Assembly (NCBI GenBank): GCA_038087875.1
Contig: CM075993.1
Span: 1,490,001-1,554,000 of the forward strand
Length of the DNA: 64,000 bases
From: Malacoraja senta
Lineage: Eukaryota
Direction: 5' to 3'
Shown here: one piece after another, positions 25,468-38,200 of the stretch
Layout of the letters: the number at the start of each line of letters is the position of its first letter
Numbering within the stretch: the first letter of the stretch is position 1
Made by a program: the position numbers and the translations under genes
Notes under the pieces: model-generated
Told to the model about the DNA's origin: nothing
The model's input: the letters and a program-made list of their open reading frames with translations, nothing else
Database searches by the model: none

Positions 25468-25770
25468 GGGCAGCACGGTGGCGCAGCGGTGGAGCTGCTG
25501 CCTCACAGCGCCAGAGACCCGGGTTCAATCCTGACTACGGGGTGCTGTCTGTATGGAGTTTGTACGTTCTCCAGGTGACCAGAGTGGGGTTTCCCTCCCC
25601 CTAGATCTTATTTCCTCCCACACTCCAAAGACGTGCAGGTTTGTAGGTTAATTGGCTTGGTATACATGTAAATTTTCCCTAGTGTGTGTAGGATAGTGTT
25701 AATGTGCGGGGATCGCTGGTTGGTGCGGACTCGGTGGGCCCGTTTCTGTGCTTTATCTCTAAACTAAACT
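25468..25770 (+). mobile_element. V-SINE, full length
   Basis: gggcagcacggtggcgcagcggt...ggttcaatcc...ctaaactaaact. Confidence 0.88.
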
Positions 25771-26269
25771 GGTGTCAATGGTAGGTGTAAGTGAGAGGCG
25801 GGGAAGGAAGGATTTTGCCAAGCTGGTGGGTGCTGGAGATCAACATGTTCCATTATTAAGGTCACAAGCGATAGAAGCAGAATTAGGCCATTCATCCCAT
25901 CAAGTCTACTCACCATTCAATCATGGCTGCTCTCACCCTCCTAACCCCCTCTCCTGTATTCTTCATAACCCCCGACAACTGTACCAATCACAAATCTACC
26001 CATCTCATCCTTAAAAATAACCATTGACTTGGCCTCCACAGCCTATTAAATCCAGAGAATAATTTTAAATTGGAAGTGTTGGTTGGCTAGCAGGGATTCT
26101 GTTCTCTTTCTCACCTCTTTGCCTCCCCCCCCCACCCCCAGCATCTCCACCCTCCCATCTCTTCCAACTTCTTCCCCCAAAGTAAACTCAGTCTCAAACC
26201 AAAACAGCACCTCCCCATGAACTCCAGAGATGCTGCCTGACCCGTTGAGTTACTCTAGCAGTGTAACTC

Positions 26270-26590
26270 AGAGTGATACAGTGTGGAAACTGGCCCTTCC
26301 GCCCAACTTGCCCACACTGGCCAACATGTCCCAGCTACACTAGTCCCACCTGCCGGCATTTGGTCCATATCCCTCCAAACCTGTCCTATCCATGAAACCT
26401 GTCTAACTGTTTCTTAAACATTGGGATAGTCCCAGCCTCAACTACCTCCTCTGGAAGCTTGTTCCTTACACCACCACCCCTTTGTGTGAAAAAGTTACCC
26501 CTCAGATTCATATTAAATCTTTTCCTTAAACCAATGTCCTCTGGTCCTTGATTCACCTTCACTTGGGCATCTACCTGATCTATTCCTCGA
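26270..26590 (-). mobile_element. CR1 3' fragment
   Basis: LRGNFFTQRGGGVRNKLPEEVVEAG. Confidence 0.82.
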
Positions 26591-27498
26591 ATGAGTTGGA
26601 CATAACGTAGATGGCATGTTTTGTAAGTTTGCAGATGACAATTGCTGGTAGACAAAAATGCTGGAGAAACTCAGCGGGTGAGGCAGCATCTATGGAGCGA
26701 AGGAATAGGTGACGTTTTGGGTCGAGACCCCATGATTGCTGGGGTAAGGGAAGAGATGGTGGGAAGATCACACCAAGGAAAATACACACACCAAATTTGT
26801 GACCAAACTAAAGCCTCATTTAAAAATTTCTACCATTTTTAAATAGACATATTGTCCATACGACATCTAAAATGTGTCTTTTATAAAAACAAGTTACATT
26901 CTTACGAGTAATAGCTTCAATGAGTAATATTAAAACTCAAACCAAAACATATTTTAAAAATGTAGTCACTTCTCTGGGCACCTTTTGTGCAACATGGATT
27001 TGGGAACATGTTCTATGACTACATCTAATTCATTGTTGTAATAAAAATAATTAATATCTAGTCTTGCATTCACAATGAACACATGAAAACAAATGCAAAA
27101 CTCAAAACCAAAGATCTCAAATTTCAGAAATTTACATTTTATTACAAAATTTTAAAATGAGCTTATTGATATCCAACCTCTATGCATATGAAAATGTTTT
27201 TTAAACCACGTCTCCAAACAAATATTGAACCGCAGACTAGCTTTCGCACATGAGATCAGCACCATAACTACAGGATATCAAGGTTATTGAATAACAGCAA
27301 TGGAAACAAACAGCTCAGTCAAAGTAGCAAGCAAATATTACAACAATGCTAGTGATGACTGCAATTCTATCCACCCACTCCAAATGAGATGGTGGTCATC
27401 AATATGAATCCCATTCATGTCTCCATGTGGGTTAGATGTTAAATATCATCTACACCGGTAGATTTTCTTGTATATTCCTCACAAGGACACTAGTATTA

Positions 27499-27797
27499 AG
27501 GGGCTGTCCCACTGTACGAGCTAATTCAAGAGATCTCCCGAGTTTAAAAAAAAAAAATCAAACTCGTGGTATGCACGTAGAATGTACGTTGGAGCTCGGG
27601 ACGTCTCTTAGCGGCTCGTAACGCAAACAGCAGGTACTCAGGAAACGCGGTAAGCTCGTGAAGATTTTTCAACATGTTGAAAAATGTCCACGAGAGCCCC
27701 GAGTACCTGCGAGCGGCTATTACCGTAATTCTCCGAGTTCGAATCAGGGGAAACTCGGGAGAACTCTTGAATTAGCTTGTACAGTGGGACAGCCCCT
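27499..27797. mobile_element. PIF/Harbinger-type MITE (299 bp)
   Basis: 47-bp TIRs with 2 mismatches (aggggctgtcccactgtac...cccgagttt); TTA target-site duplication at 27496-27498 and 27798-27800. Confidence 0.88.
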
Positions 27798-29142
27798 TTA
27801 GACTAGTGCACACATGCATGTTGGAAAAGAGTTCTACTAACGGGCATTACCTCGATGGTTGAAGGGTGCAAACCTAGACTAAAGTAACTGGCCAAAATTA
27901 CAAGGAAATGCAACAGTTCTCATTTACCTGGATCATTCCCTTAGTATTTTAAAATTTTGGTTTAAGCATATGCAAAGTTCAACACTGGGGAAGTTCAATA
28001 GAGGGAAAATAGATATGTCATTTTTCTGATGCTCTCATCCAGTATTTTTTTCCTGAACAACCAGTCAGAAATCCAAGCTCATAGATGTGCATACAAATCT
28101 AGAAATGTTGCCAAACGTGATATAATGAAAGTAAAAAAAGTTACTTGTGAAAAATGCTAGCAATATCTAGGGCAAGGCCATCTTTCCTTGCAGTGAAAGG
28201 TGGTATATACTTCCAAACATAACATACTGCAACATGCAATATCTGGAGTAACAAGAGTGAAAGACAAAGCCCGGGCATGGATCCATTCATCGTTTGGTTT
28301 TAGCTGGATGTAAATGCTGATTTGGCCTGTGATAACAAATCTGGAACAATGTGTTTGGCCTACATTTAACTTTAATACCAGCTCGAAATACAAACTCATC
28401 ACCATAGCTTGTGTAAGAAGGAACTGCAGATGCTGCTTTAAACCAAAGATAAGACACAAAAAGCTGGAGTAACTCAGCAGGAGTTTTGCCCTCCTTCAGA
28501 ATGAGGGCCGAATCCTCCAAAGATGCTGCATGTCCTGCTGAGTTACTCCAGCTTTGTGTCAAACATCACCATAGCTTCCTCTGCAGTTTGGAAGTCCCCC
28601 TAAAACTCAAGTAAAAATCTTTTCTCATGCAAATAGCCGTGGCAGGGTTGTTGTTTTTTTACAAGCCTGTTACAATCACCTCTGGAATATTGATCAAAAT
28701 ATTAACAAATGCCCCCAAAAAACCATGAGTGTTTGTCTATTGAAGCAAGTGCATAATATCAATATATTAAGCTGAATTTAATATTAAGTTCAAACACCAA
28801 GTGGGAATAAAACTCTACGGAGTGAAAGGGGAAGTAAGGCATTTTCACTTCATTTTATTACAGCTATTAAACTAATAAAACAAAATTGAAATGGCAAATA
28901 TCTTCCTCTATTTACAATGACAACCATTTGAAAATAGATTACTACAGAGATTTATGAAGCACCAACAATCATTGAGAGAGAGTTTATCCTGAAGGATTAG
29001 CTATACAGGGTAGATACCAAGGAACTTAGACTGTGGTTTGGCCAAGACACCAATCCCAGTTCCTCAAATTTCTCTTCCATGTGAAGGGGAGAAAACAGGC
29101 TTTGTTCATTCTTTGACCTCCCCAGAATTTGCTTGAAGGGAT

Positions 29143-29202
29143 TCAAAACTCGAAGGAATAATTGGCATAGGTTTCATTGAGTCTATACCTTTCTGGCTTC
29201 AT
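29143..29202 (-). CDS. Gene B terminal coding exon
   Basis: ttttctttcttaaacag|ATG AAG CCA...GAG TTT TGA; MKPERYRLNETYANYSFEF*; followed by long AT-rich UTR-like sequence with AATAAA candidates at 28854-28859 and 27138-27143. Confidence 0.78.
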   Translation of the reverse strand: MKPERYRLNETYANYSFEF

Positions 29203-32200
29203 CTGTTTAAGAAAGAAAACATATAAAACACTAGACATGTATTAAAAAAAATAAATGCATAGCAGAAATGTATAAAAGTCTTCAATCATAGCCAAGTATC
29301 TATGATCTAGCTATATAATTTATAGTTAGAGGAAGTGGCGGCGCTGTCGTACAGCAGCGGCTCGCCTGCAGTCCGTCTGTTTTTACTTTTTTTGTTGTTT
29401 TCTTTTGTCCTGTTTCAGTTAAATTTTAGTTTATTGGGTTGTGTATGTGTGGGGTGGGGGGGGTGAAACATGACTTTTGTCTCTTCCTTCGGGGGAATGC
29501 GACTTTTTCTTGTCGTGTCCCCCTTCTCTGCCTCCCGTCTGCGCTGAGGCCAAAATGGCGGAGCTGCCGGCCTCCAACTCCAACTGCGAGCGACCGACCG
29601 ACCTCGAGGCTCCGGAGGCAGAGCCAGGACTTACCAGCGCGAGGCTGGCCAACTTCGGGGCTGCGGTGCCGTTCCGGCGGTGGCGACCGAGGACACTGGT
29701 GGCGACCTGAATCCAGAGGCTCGGCCGCGGGCCCAGTGGACGACATCGTCGGGAGCGCGCAGGTCACAGGTTGGTGACCTGTTTTTCTGGGGCTCCCGCA
29801 ACTACAGCTGCGTCCGCTGGACTGGAGGGCGGCAGCTTCGGCAGCTTCGACCACCCCGGGCCGCGGAATTTGAACCGGCCCGTCGCGGAGCACGGATTCG
29901 GCCGCTGGACTGGCTTACCGTCGCCCGGCGGGGTCACAACATCAGAAGCCTGGATCGCCTCAGCGCAGAGGGAGAAGAAAGCGGGAAGAGACAGAGACTT
30001 TAAGACTTTTGCCTCCATCACAGTGAGGAGGTACCTGGTGAACTCACTGTGGTGGATGTTAATTTGTGTTTATTGTGTGTTTTGTCATTTATTATTATAT
30101 GTATGACTGCAGGCAACGAAATTTCGTTCAGACCGAAAGGTCTGAATGACAAATAAAGGAATCTCTAATCTCTAATCTCTCTAATTTATCTGTACACTGT
30201 AAATGGCTCGATTGTAATCATGTATTGTCTTTACGCTGACTGGTTAGCACGCAACAAAAGCTTTTCACCGTACTTCAGTACATGTGACAAACTAAGCTAC
30301 ACTAGGTGATGCTTTTGTTTCAACCAATCCATCCACCAAGGGGCCAAACAGCCTCTATGGTTACCCCAGCCTGGGGTAGTATTAGAAATGGCAGTGATCA
30401 GGCAATTTAAAAAAAAATATATATATGTGAATTACTGAATCATTTTCTAAGGTACACAAAAATGCTGGAGAACCTCAGTGGGTGAGGCAGCACCAATGGA
30501 GCAAAGAATTAGGTGACATTTCGGGTCGAGACCCTTCTTCAGTAATGAAGAAGTCTGAAGAAGGGTCTCGACCCAAAACGCCACCTATTCCTTCGCTCCA
30601 TAGATGCTGCCTCACCCGCTGAGGTTCTCCAGCATTTTTATCTACCTTCGATTTTTTTCCAGCATCTGCAGTTCCTTCTTAAACAAATCATTTTCTAATG
30701 CACTCTGACATCTGGTGGTACTGTTGAGACTTGAATGTTGATTGATAGTTACACTATCACAATTACAGTGATCAGCATCAATACCTGCGTACATCACTTA
30801 ATCAACAAGACAGCAATTAAGTTGAAGCTTAGAAACTCAGAACTGCAGATGCTGGTTAATATAAACAAGGGCACTCATTTTGTTTGTAGAAACGAGGAAC
30901 TGCATTACACAAAAGGCCACAAAGTGCTGGAGTAACACAGGTGAGGACGCATCTCTGGAGAACATGGGTAGGTGATGCTTCAGTCTGAAGGGTCCCTGTC
31001 CCACAAGGGCAGCACGCTAAGTAGAGTTGCTGCCTCACGGCGCCAGAGACCCGGGTTCCATCCAGACTACGGGTGCTGTCTGTATGGAGTTTGTACGTTC
31101 TCCCCGTGATCGTGTGGGTTTTCTGAGATCTTCAGTTTCCTCCCAAATTCCAAAGACGTACGTTTGTACGTTAATTAGCTTGGTATAAATGTAAATTGTC
31201 CCCAGTGTGTAGGATAGTGTTAATGTGCAGGGATCGCTGGTCGGTGCGGACTTGGCGGGCCTGTTTCCGTGCTGTATCTCGAAACTAAACCAGTCTTTAA
31301 TGTTCTCCTGAAATGTCTTGTCTTACCTAGATTTGTTTTTTTAATTTAGAGACACTGTGTGGAAACAGTCCCTTCGTCCCACCGAGTCCGCACCGACCCC
31401 ACACATTAACACCGTCCTACACACACACTAGGGACAATTTACACATACACCAAGCCAATTAACTTACAAACCTGCACGTCTCGATTGTGGGAGAAAACCG
31501 AAGATCTCGGAGAAAATCCACAGTCACGGGGAGACCGTACAAACTCCATACAGACAGCAACCGTGGTCGGGATCGAACCTGGGTCTCCGGTGCTGCAAGG
31601 CAGCAGCTCTACTGCTGTGCCACCGTGGCTGCCCTGTTTTCTTGACAGCCACTGGAAAACCTATGTGGTCACAGGGTGAACGTGCGAACTCCGCAGAGAC
31701 AGCAGCCCAGAGTCAGGATTGAACCTGTGTTTCTGGCGCTATAGATACATAGATACATAGAAAATAGGTGCAGGAGTAGGCCATTCGGCCCTTCGAGCCT
31801 GCACCGCCATTCAATATGATCATGGCTGATCATCCAACTCGGTATCCCGTACCTGCCTTCTCTCCATACACCCTGATCCCTTTAGCCACAAGGGCCACAT
31901 CTAACTCCCTCTTAAATATAGCCAATGAACTGGCGTCAACTACCCTCTGTGGCAGAGAGTTCCAGAGATTCACCACTCTGTGTGAAAAAGTTTTTCCTCA
32001 TCTCGGTCCTAAAGGATTTCCCCCTTATCCTTAAGCTGTGACCCCTTGTCCTGGACTTCCCCAACATCGGGAACAATCTTCCTGCATCTAGCCTGTCCAA
32101 CCCCATAAGAATTTTGTACGTTTCTATAAGACCCCCCCTCAATCTTCTAAATTCTAGCTAGTACAAGCCAAGTCTATCCAGCCTTTCTTCATATGAAAGT

Positions 32201-35200
32201 CCTGACATCCCAGGACATCCCTATGAGGCAGTAACGCCACAGCTCTGCCGCCCAAGCAGTTTAGCCGATTAATGATGGCACCATGTACAGAGAGAGAAAA
32301 AACGCATCTTGTTCATACAAGGTGCACGCCACTGCCACCCGCAGTCAGGATTGAACCCAGGACTCTGGGACTGTGAAGCAACTCTACCGCTGTGCTATTG
32401 CGCTGCCCTTTTCTCATCAACAGGAGATGTGGTCACCCCAGGCAAGTGTGGCATTCAGTCGCCCACTGACTTGGAGATTCCGACGGGGTGCAAGGAATCG
32501 ATGCAAGGCAGAAACCGAGCTGCTCTGTGCAGGATTGGACCACAGTGCAGTAGACAAGGCACTGCAGCTCCAAGTTAGATGAAGGGAGATCTTGAGGGAC
32601 CTTCCAAGTGTGAAGTCCCCATGGACGTGCCACCTGTCACGTGGCCGACCATGCATTACACAGTTTGGCTACACGCCAGTGACAGCCACCCCGTAAAACA
32701 ATGCGGATGATAGCCAAGGAGCTCAAAAAACCTTGCGTTTCAGGTTCTGGATTAATTAGTCTATGCACCTGGGACAAGTTTGACACCTTTTGCAAATGAA
32801 GGCATGGAAGAGATTAGGTTTCTCAAAAACACCTGCTCTTGCATAGCCAGTTCATCGAGTCTCCAATCCCTTAAACAATGCACCCATTAAAAGTCAGGTT
32901 GGATAAAGTTTCATTGACATCCACTTAGTTCTGACCAAAGATCCGCTCTATGATCTTTGGTTCTGACGTGGAGAAGTGTCCCCAGAGCTCACCTCTGGCA
33001 GCGGCAAGTGGAGGCTCATGTTCTGGTCCAAATCCCATTGCTGGCGAAGAACACCTTCCTGGCACGTTGCCCAGAAACTGTACTTCCAGCACTACAGAAA
33101 GGAACAAAAAGTGCCAATGTCAACATCACGAACAGCTACCCCTTGGGATGTCAAAGTTTGTAAAAAATAAATTAATTTAAAAACAAATCTCCTACTCCCC
33201 ATTTAACGCCATTACTCTATTCGATCCAACTATATTCCTGAAGGGCGCCCCTTGCCCATTCTCTGACAAACTAACTTTAAGCAGGTCAGTCTGCATCTCT
33301 GGAGAGAAGGGTCTCGACCGGAAACATCTCCCACCAAGAAACATCAACTTCCTCTCTACTTTGAGTCCTGAAAAGCGCTATATAAATAAAATCTATTATT
33401 ATTATTATTACACGGATGCTGCCCAACCTACTGGGATTCCTCTTTCCCCTCCGCTTTTTGCCGCAACCATTTAGGGAAGAATCAGTGAACAGAAAGGATT
33501 GCAGATGCCGGAATCTTGTGTAGAACACCCAGTGCAGGAGTAACTCATTGGGCCAGGGCGCATCTCTGGAGGACTTGGTAGACAACATTGAGTTGGGACC
33601 ATCTTCCATCTAAATGATCCAGACCCCAAAATGTCACCTCGTCGTGCCCTCCAGAGATGCTGCCCGACCTGCTGAGTTACTCCAGCACTTTGCGATCTTG
33701 GGAAAACAAGTGAGTGGTATCAAGCTCGCCCAACTGCAACTGAACATCCCGCGGTCTAGGCATAAGCTCAGGGACGACCGCGCCTTTGAGGCTGCTGCTC
33801 CTAGACTGTGGAACAGCATCCATCACTTCTTCTTTAAGTCGAGACTTAAAACTCATCTCTACTCCCAAGCCTTACTTGACGTCCTCTGAGTGAGGGCTAT
33901 ATGTAGGTAGTGATGTTTGTATCTAATCTATGAACCACTGTTGTATAACGTTAGTACCTCCGCCAATGTAAAGCACTTTGGCCAACGAGAGTTGTTTTTT
34001 AAATGTGCTATAGAAATAAAAGTGACTTGACTACCAACTTGGTCTAACTACACAAGGACTCTAGTGACAGAATGCATTCGTCATCCTTCAATACAAACGC
34101 CAGCCAAATTTGATTTTCATTGAAGGGACTTTCTGGAGAAGGCAGCACCCAGGCATACGGTATTAACACAACTCACGCCAAACAAAGTCAGAGCAAATGC
34201 AGCACTTTGTAGATAAAATATTCTTGCATTAAATATTTACTCTTGGTACACTTGGTAATAGCTAACCAAGGGTAGGAATAGGTCATACCCTTGACTTGCA
34301 TAAGTCACAAAAATAACCAAATTCATTGCCGACACAAAATCCGACTCTGGACTGTCAAAGCTGCCACACCCAGACATAAAAACAGGTTTTCCACGAGTAG
34401 TAGCTCTACTCAATAACCAAAAACCTGTAGCCTCCTTTTGCTCTGGTATTTTATTTAATTCACACGTTTAATCAATAATGTTTTATTTTTAATGTTTTTT
34501 ATGTCATTCCTAACTGTCACTGGGCGTCATGTTGTCACTTGCGGGCAGAGCACCAAGGCAAATTCCTTGTATGTGATTACTTGGCTAATAAACGTATTCA
34601 TTCATTGATTTATTAAAATGCTGGAGTAACTCAGCGGGACAGGCAGCATCTCTGGAAAGAAGGAATGGGAGACGTTTTGGGTAGAGACCCTTCTTCATAG
34701 AAACAGAGAAAAATAGGTGCAGGAGTAGGCCCTTCGAGCCAGCACCGCCATTTAATGTGATCATTTAAAATCAGTACCCCATTCCTGCTTTCTCCCCATA
34801 TCCCTTTATTCCTTTAGCCCTAAGAGCTAAATCTAACTCTTGAAAACATCCAGTGAATTGGCCTCCACTGCCTTCTGTGGCAGAGAATTCCACAGATTCA
34901 CAACTCTCTGGGTGAAAAGTTTCTCCTCATCTCAGTCCTAAATGGCCTGCCCCTTATTCTTAAACTGTGTGACCCATAGTTCTGGAGTCCAACATAGAAA
35001 AACATATTTGCTGCAGACATTTTTCCTCCAGACGGAGTCATGGAAGAGATGTGGAGGGGCAAGGTGTGAAAAAGGACAGATCAAAGCAGATGGTTCATTG
35101 TCGGCAGAGGGGGGGGGGGATTAATTGCCATTCAGTTTTACTCACCAGGAAAGCCACCACAGGGAGGGAGATGACTGCCAGGCTACACATCAAGATCAGG

Positions 35201-38200
35201 GCAATCCCAAACCCAGGGAAGTGAATGGGTTGGTATGGTCTCTCCAGTCTTGCATCTGAAACAACAAGAGGATGTTCAAACACTTAACAAGTTGCCTGCC
35301 GGCTTGAAGCAAAGCATCATCACAATAATGGAAACAAGGAACTACAGATGTCGGGTCTCCGGTGTCGTTGGGCCTAACATCGTGGAGTCGGCGGCAGCCT
35401 CCGGCCGGGACCGACCTGAGGACTCCAGCCGTGGAGCCTGTGGACCTGACATCCCGGAGCTGGCCGTCTTCGGAGCGGGAGGAGCTGTGGTGGCGCGCGG
35501 CTGCGACCCGACTTCGGGGGCTCCGGCCGCAAGCCCGGTGGACAGGAACATCGGGAGCTCCACGTCCCTGGTGGGAGACCGCTTTTCGGAGCTCCACCAA
35601 TGGCAACTTCTCCTGCTGGAATCGTGGGGTTTAAAGGACTAGGAGCGGGGCCTAACATCGCCCGGCGTGGCTTAAAACGGCCACAGGACTTAGATAGATA
35701 GCCCTTCATTGTCATTCAGACCGAAGTCTGAACGAAATTGCAACAGTCATACATAAAACAATAAACATATATTAACATCCACCACAGTGAGTCCACCCAA
35801 CATCTCCTCACTGTGATGGAGGCAAAAGTCTTAGGTCTTCCCTCCTCTTCTCCCTCTGCGCTGAGGCGATACCCCCCGGGCGATGTTTCCCGCGGCTCAA
35901 ACACCGCGGCCTGGGGTGGTCGAAGCTGCCGCCCACCAGTCCTGCAGACGCAGCCGCTGGCCCGCGGCCAAACCCCGGACTCAGGCCACCACCGCCAGAA
36001 CACCGTCCCAGCCACCCTCATGTGAGTACCGTGCCGTCTTCAGCCTCGGGCTGGGCTGCCCCGACATGTTAAAGCCCCCGACATCGCCCGCCGGGGGCTT
36101 TAACATTGGGCGCCCCAGTTCGCCTCGACGTTGCAGTTGGACTGCTGGACCGCGGGAGAAGAACAAAGGGAAGAGATAAGACTTTGCCTTCCATCACAGT
36201 GAGGAGGTGTTGGAGACTCACTGTGATGGATGTTTATGTAAACTGTGTTAAGTGTGGGTCTTGGTTTTTTTTGTAATGCAAGACTGTAGAAAATGCAATT
36301 TCGTTCAAACCAAGCTGTTTGAACGACAACGAAAGGCATTCTATTCTATTCTTCTACACAGAGACCGAAGGAGAGTCTCGACGAGAAATGTCACATTCCT
36401 TTTCCACCAGAGATGCTGCCTGACCCAGCGAGTTATTCCAGCTTTGTGTCTAACTACAGATGCTAGTTCAGCAAAATAGAGTACTGGGTTAACTCGAGTC
36501 AAGCAGTATATCATTCCACTTGTGTAGCTTACAACCTAATGGTATGAACATTGAACTCTACAATTTTAGCTAACACACCCCTTCTTTCTGTGGCCCACCA
36601 TCCTGACCCCTCTCACCGATATCTGGCTTTCATTTCACTCCCTTTCAGCCAACATCCTTTTGTCTCCCTATCTCTGGCCCTTGTCCACCCTCTGCAGATC
36701 AAATCACTGTCTCCTGCCCCCCCCCCCCCCCCCCACACACATCTGTATCAACCGTAGACAAAAAAAAATGCTGGAGAAACTCAGCGGATGAGGCAGCATC
36801 TATGGAGAAAAGGAGTAGGTGACGTTTCGGGTCGAGACCCTTCTTCAGACCGTCACCTACTCCTTTTCTACATAGATGCTGCCTCGCCTGCATTTTTTGT
36901 CTACTTTTGATTTTTCCAGCATCTGCAGTGCCTTCTTAAACATCTGTATCAACCTGTCACTTGCCAGGCTTTGTCCTTCCCCACCTCTAAGATATGGGAA
37001 CTTTAAACATTCGACAGCACATATCAATTATTCACACCCCTCAACACAAGATATTTTAATTGCAAGATTTAGATCTGCTCGCATAGTAACCAGTTGCGGG
37101 CAAAATAGGAACTATGCAACAAACTTGTAAACCACTAGGAGGCAGTGCAGCACCAGGGTTGCTGTCGGAACCATAGACAAACTGCAAGAGACAACTTTAA
37201 ATGGACACATCTTACTGCAAAGCTGGCAACTTCAAATCCTCTTAGTGGACAACACAAACGTGCACTTAAATAGAAGGCTGACCAGCAAGCAGTCCAATAC
37301 AACCACATCTTGCAAGCTCACTTTTTCCAAAGTACTTTAAGAAAGAACTGCAGAATCCGGAAAAATCGAAGGTAGACAAAAATGCTGGAGAAACTCTTTA
37401 AGAAGGAACTGCAGATGCTGGAAAATCGAATGTAGATAAAAGTGCTGGAGAAACTCAGCGGGTGAGGCAGCATCGATGGAGCGAAGGAAATAGGCAAAAC
37501 GTTGCCTATTTCCTTCGCTCCATGGATGCTGCTGCACCTGCTGAGTTTCTCCAGCACTTTCATCTATCTGCTGGAGAAACTCAGCGGGTGAGGCAGCATC
37601 TATGGAGCGAAGGAAAAGGTGACATTTCGGGTCGAAGAAGGGTCTCGACCAAAACATCGTCTTTTCCTTCGCTCCATAGATGCTGCCTCACCCGTTGAGT
37701 TTCTCCAGCATTCGTCTACTTTCTACTCCTCCTGTATTCTTTTCCCCCCCGACTTGCAGTCGGAAGAGTCTCGACCCGAAACGTCACCTAATCCTTTTCA
37801 CCAAATATGCTGCCTGACCCGCTGAGTTTCTCCAGCTTTGTGTACCATTGGTTTTGACTGGATAGAAACAGCTGGTAAGCAATTTAGGACGATTCACCTT
37901 ATCATGGACGTGTACAAAACCATAAGACATGACGAGAACTAGGCCATTCAGCCCATTCAGTCACTCAATCATGGCTGACCTATTTTTTCCCCTCTCCACC
38001 CCCATTTTCCTGCCTTCCCCCTGTAATCTTTGATGCCCTTCTTAATCAAGAACTTCCCAATCTCCACCTTAAAAATACCCATTGACTTGGCCTCCATAGC
38101 CTTGTGTGGCAGTGAATTCCACAGATTCACCACACACTGGCCAAAGAAATTCCTGCTCATCTCCATTCTAAAGGTACGTCCTTCTATTCCGAGGCTGTGC

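Noticed and set aside
25468..25545. tRNA gene-like sequences at SINE heads
   Set aside because: The A/B boxes continue directly into V-domain and CR1-like tails, so these are SINEs rather than tRNA genes.
29426..30106. Multiple overlapping ORFs in the GC-rich element (also 35196-36339)
   Set aside because: Low stop frequency from GC content; no recognisable domain or consistent frame among copies.
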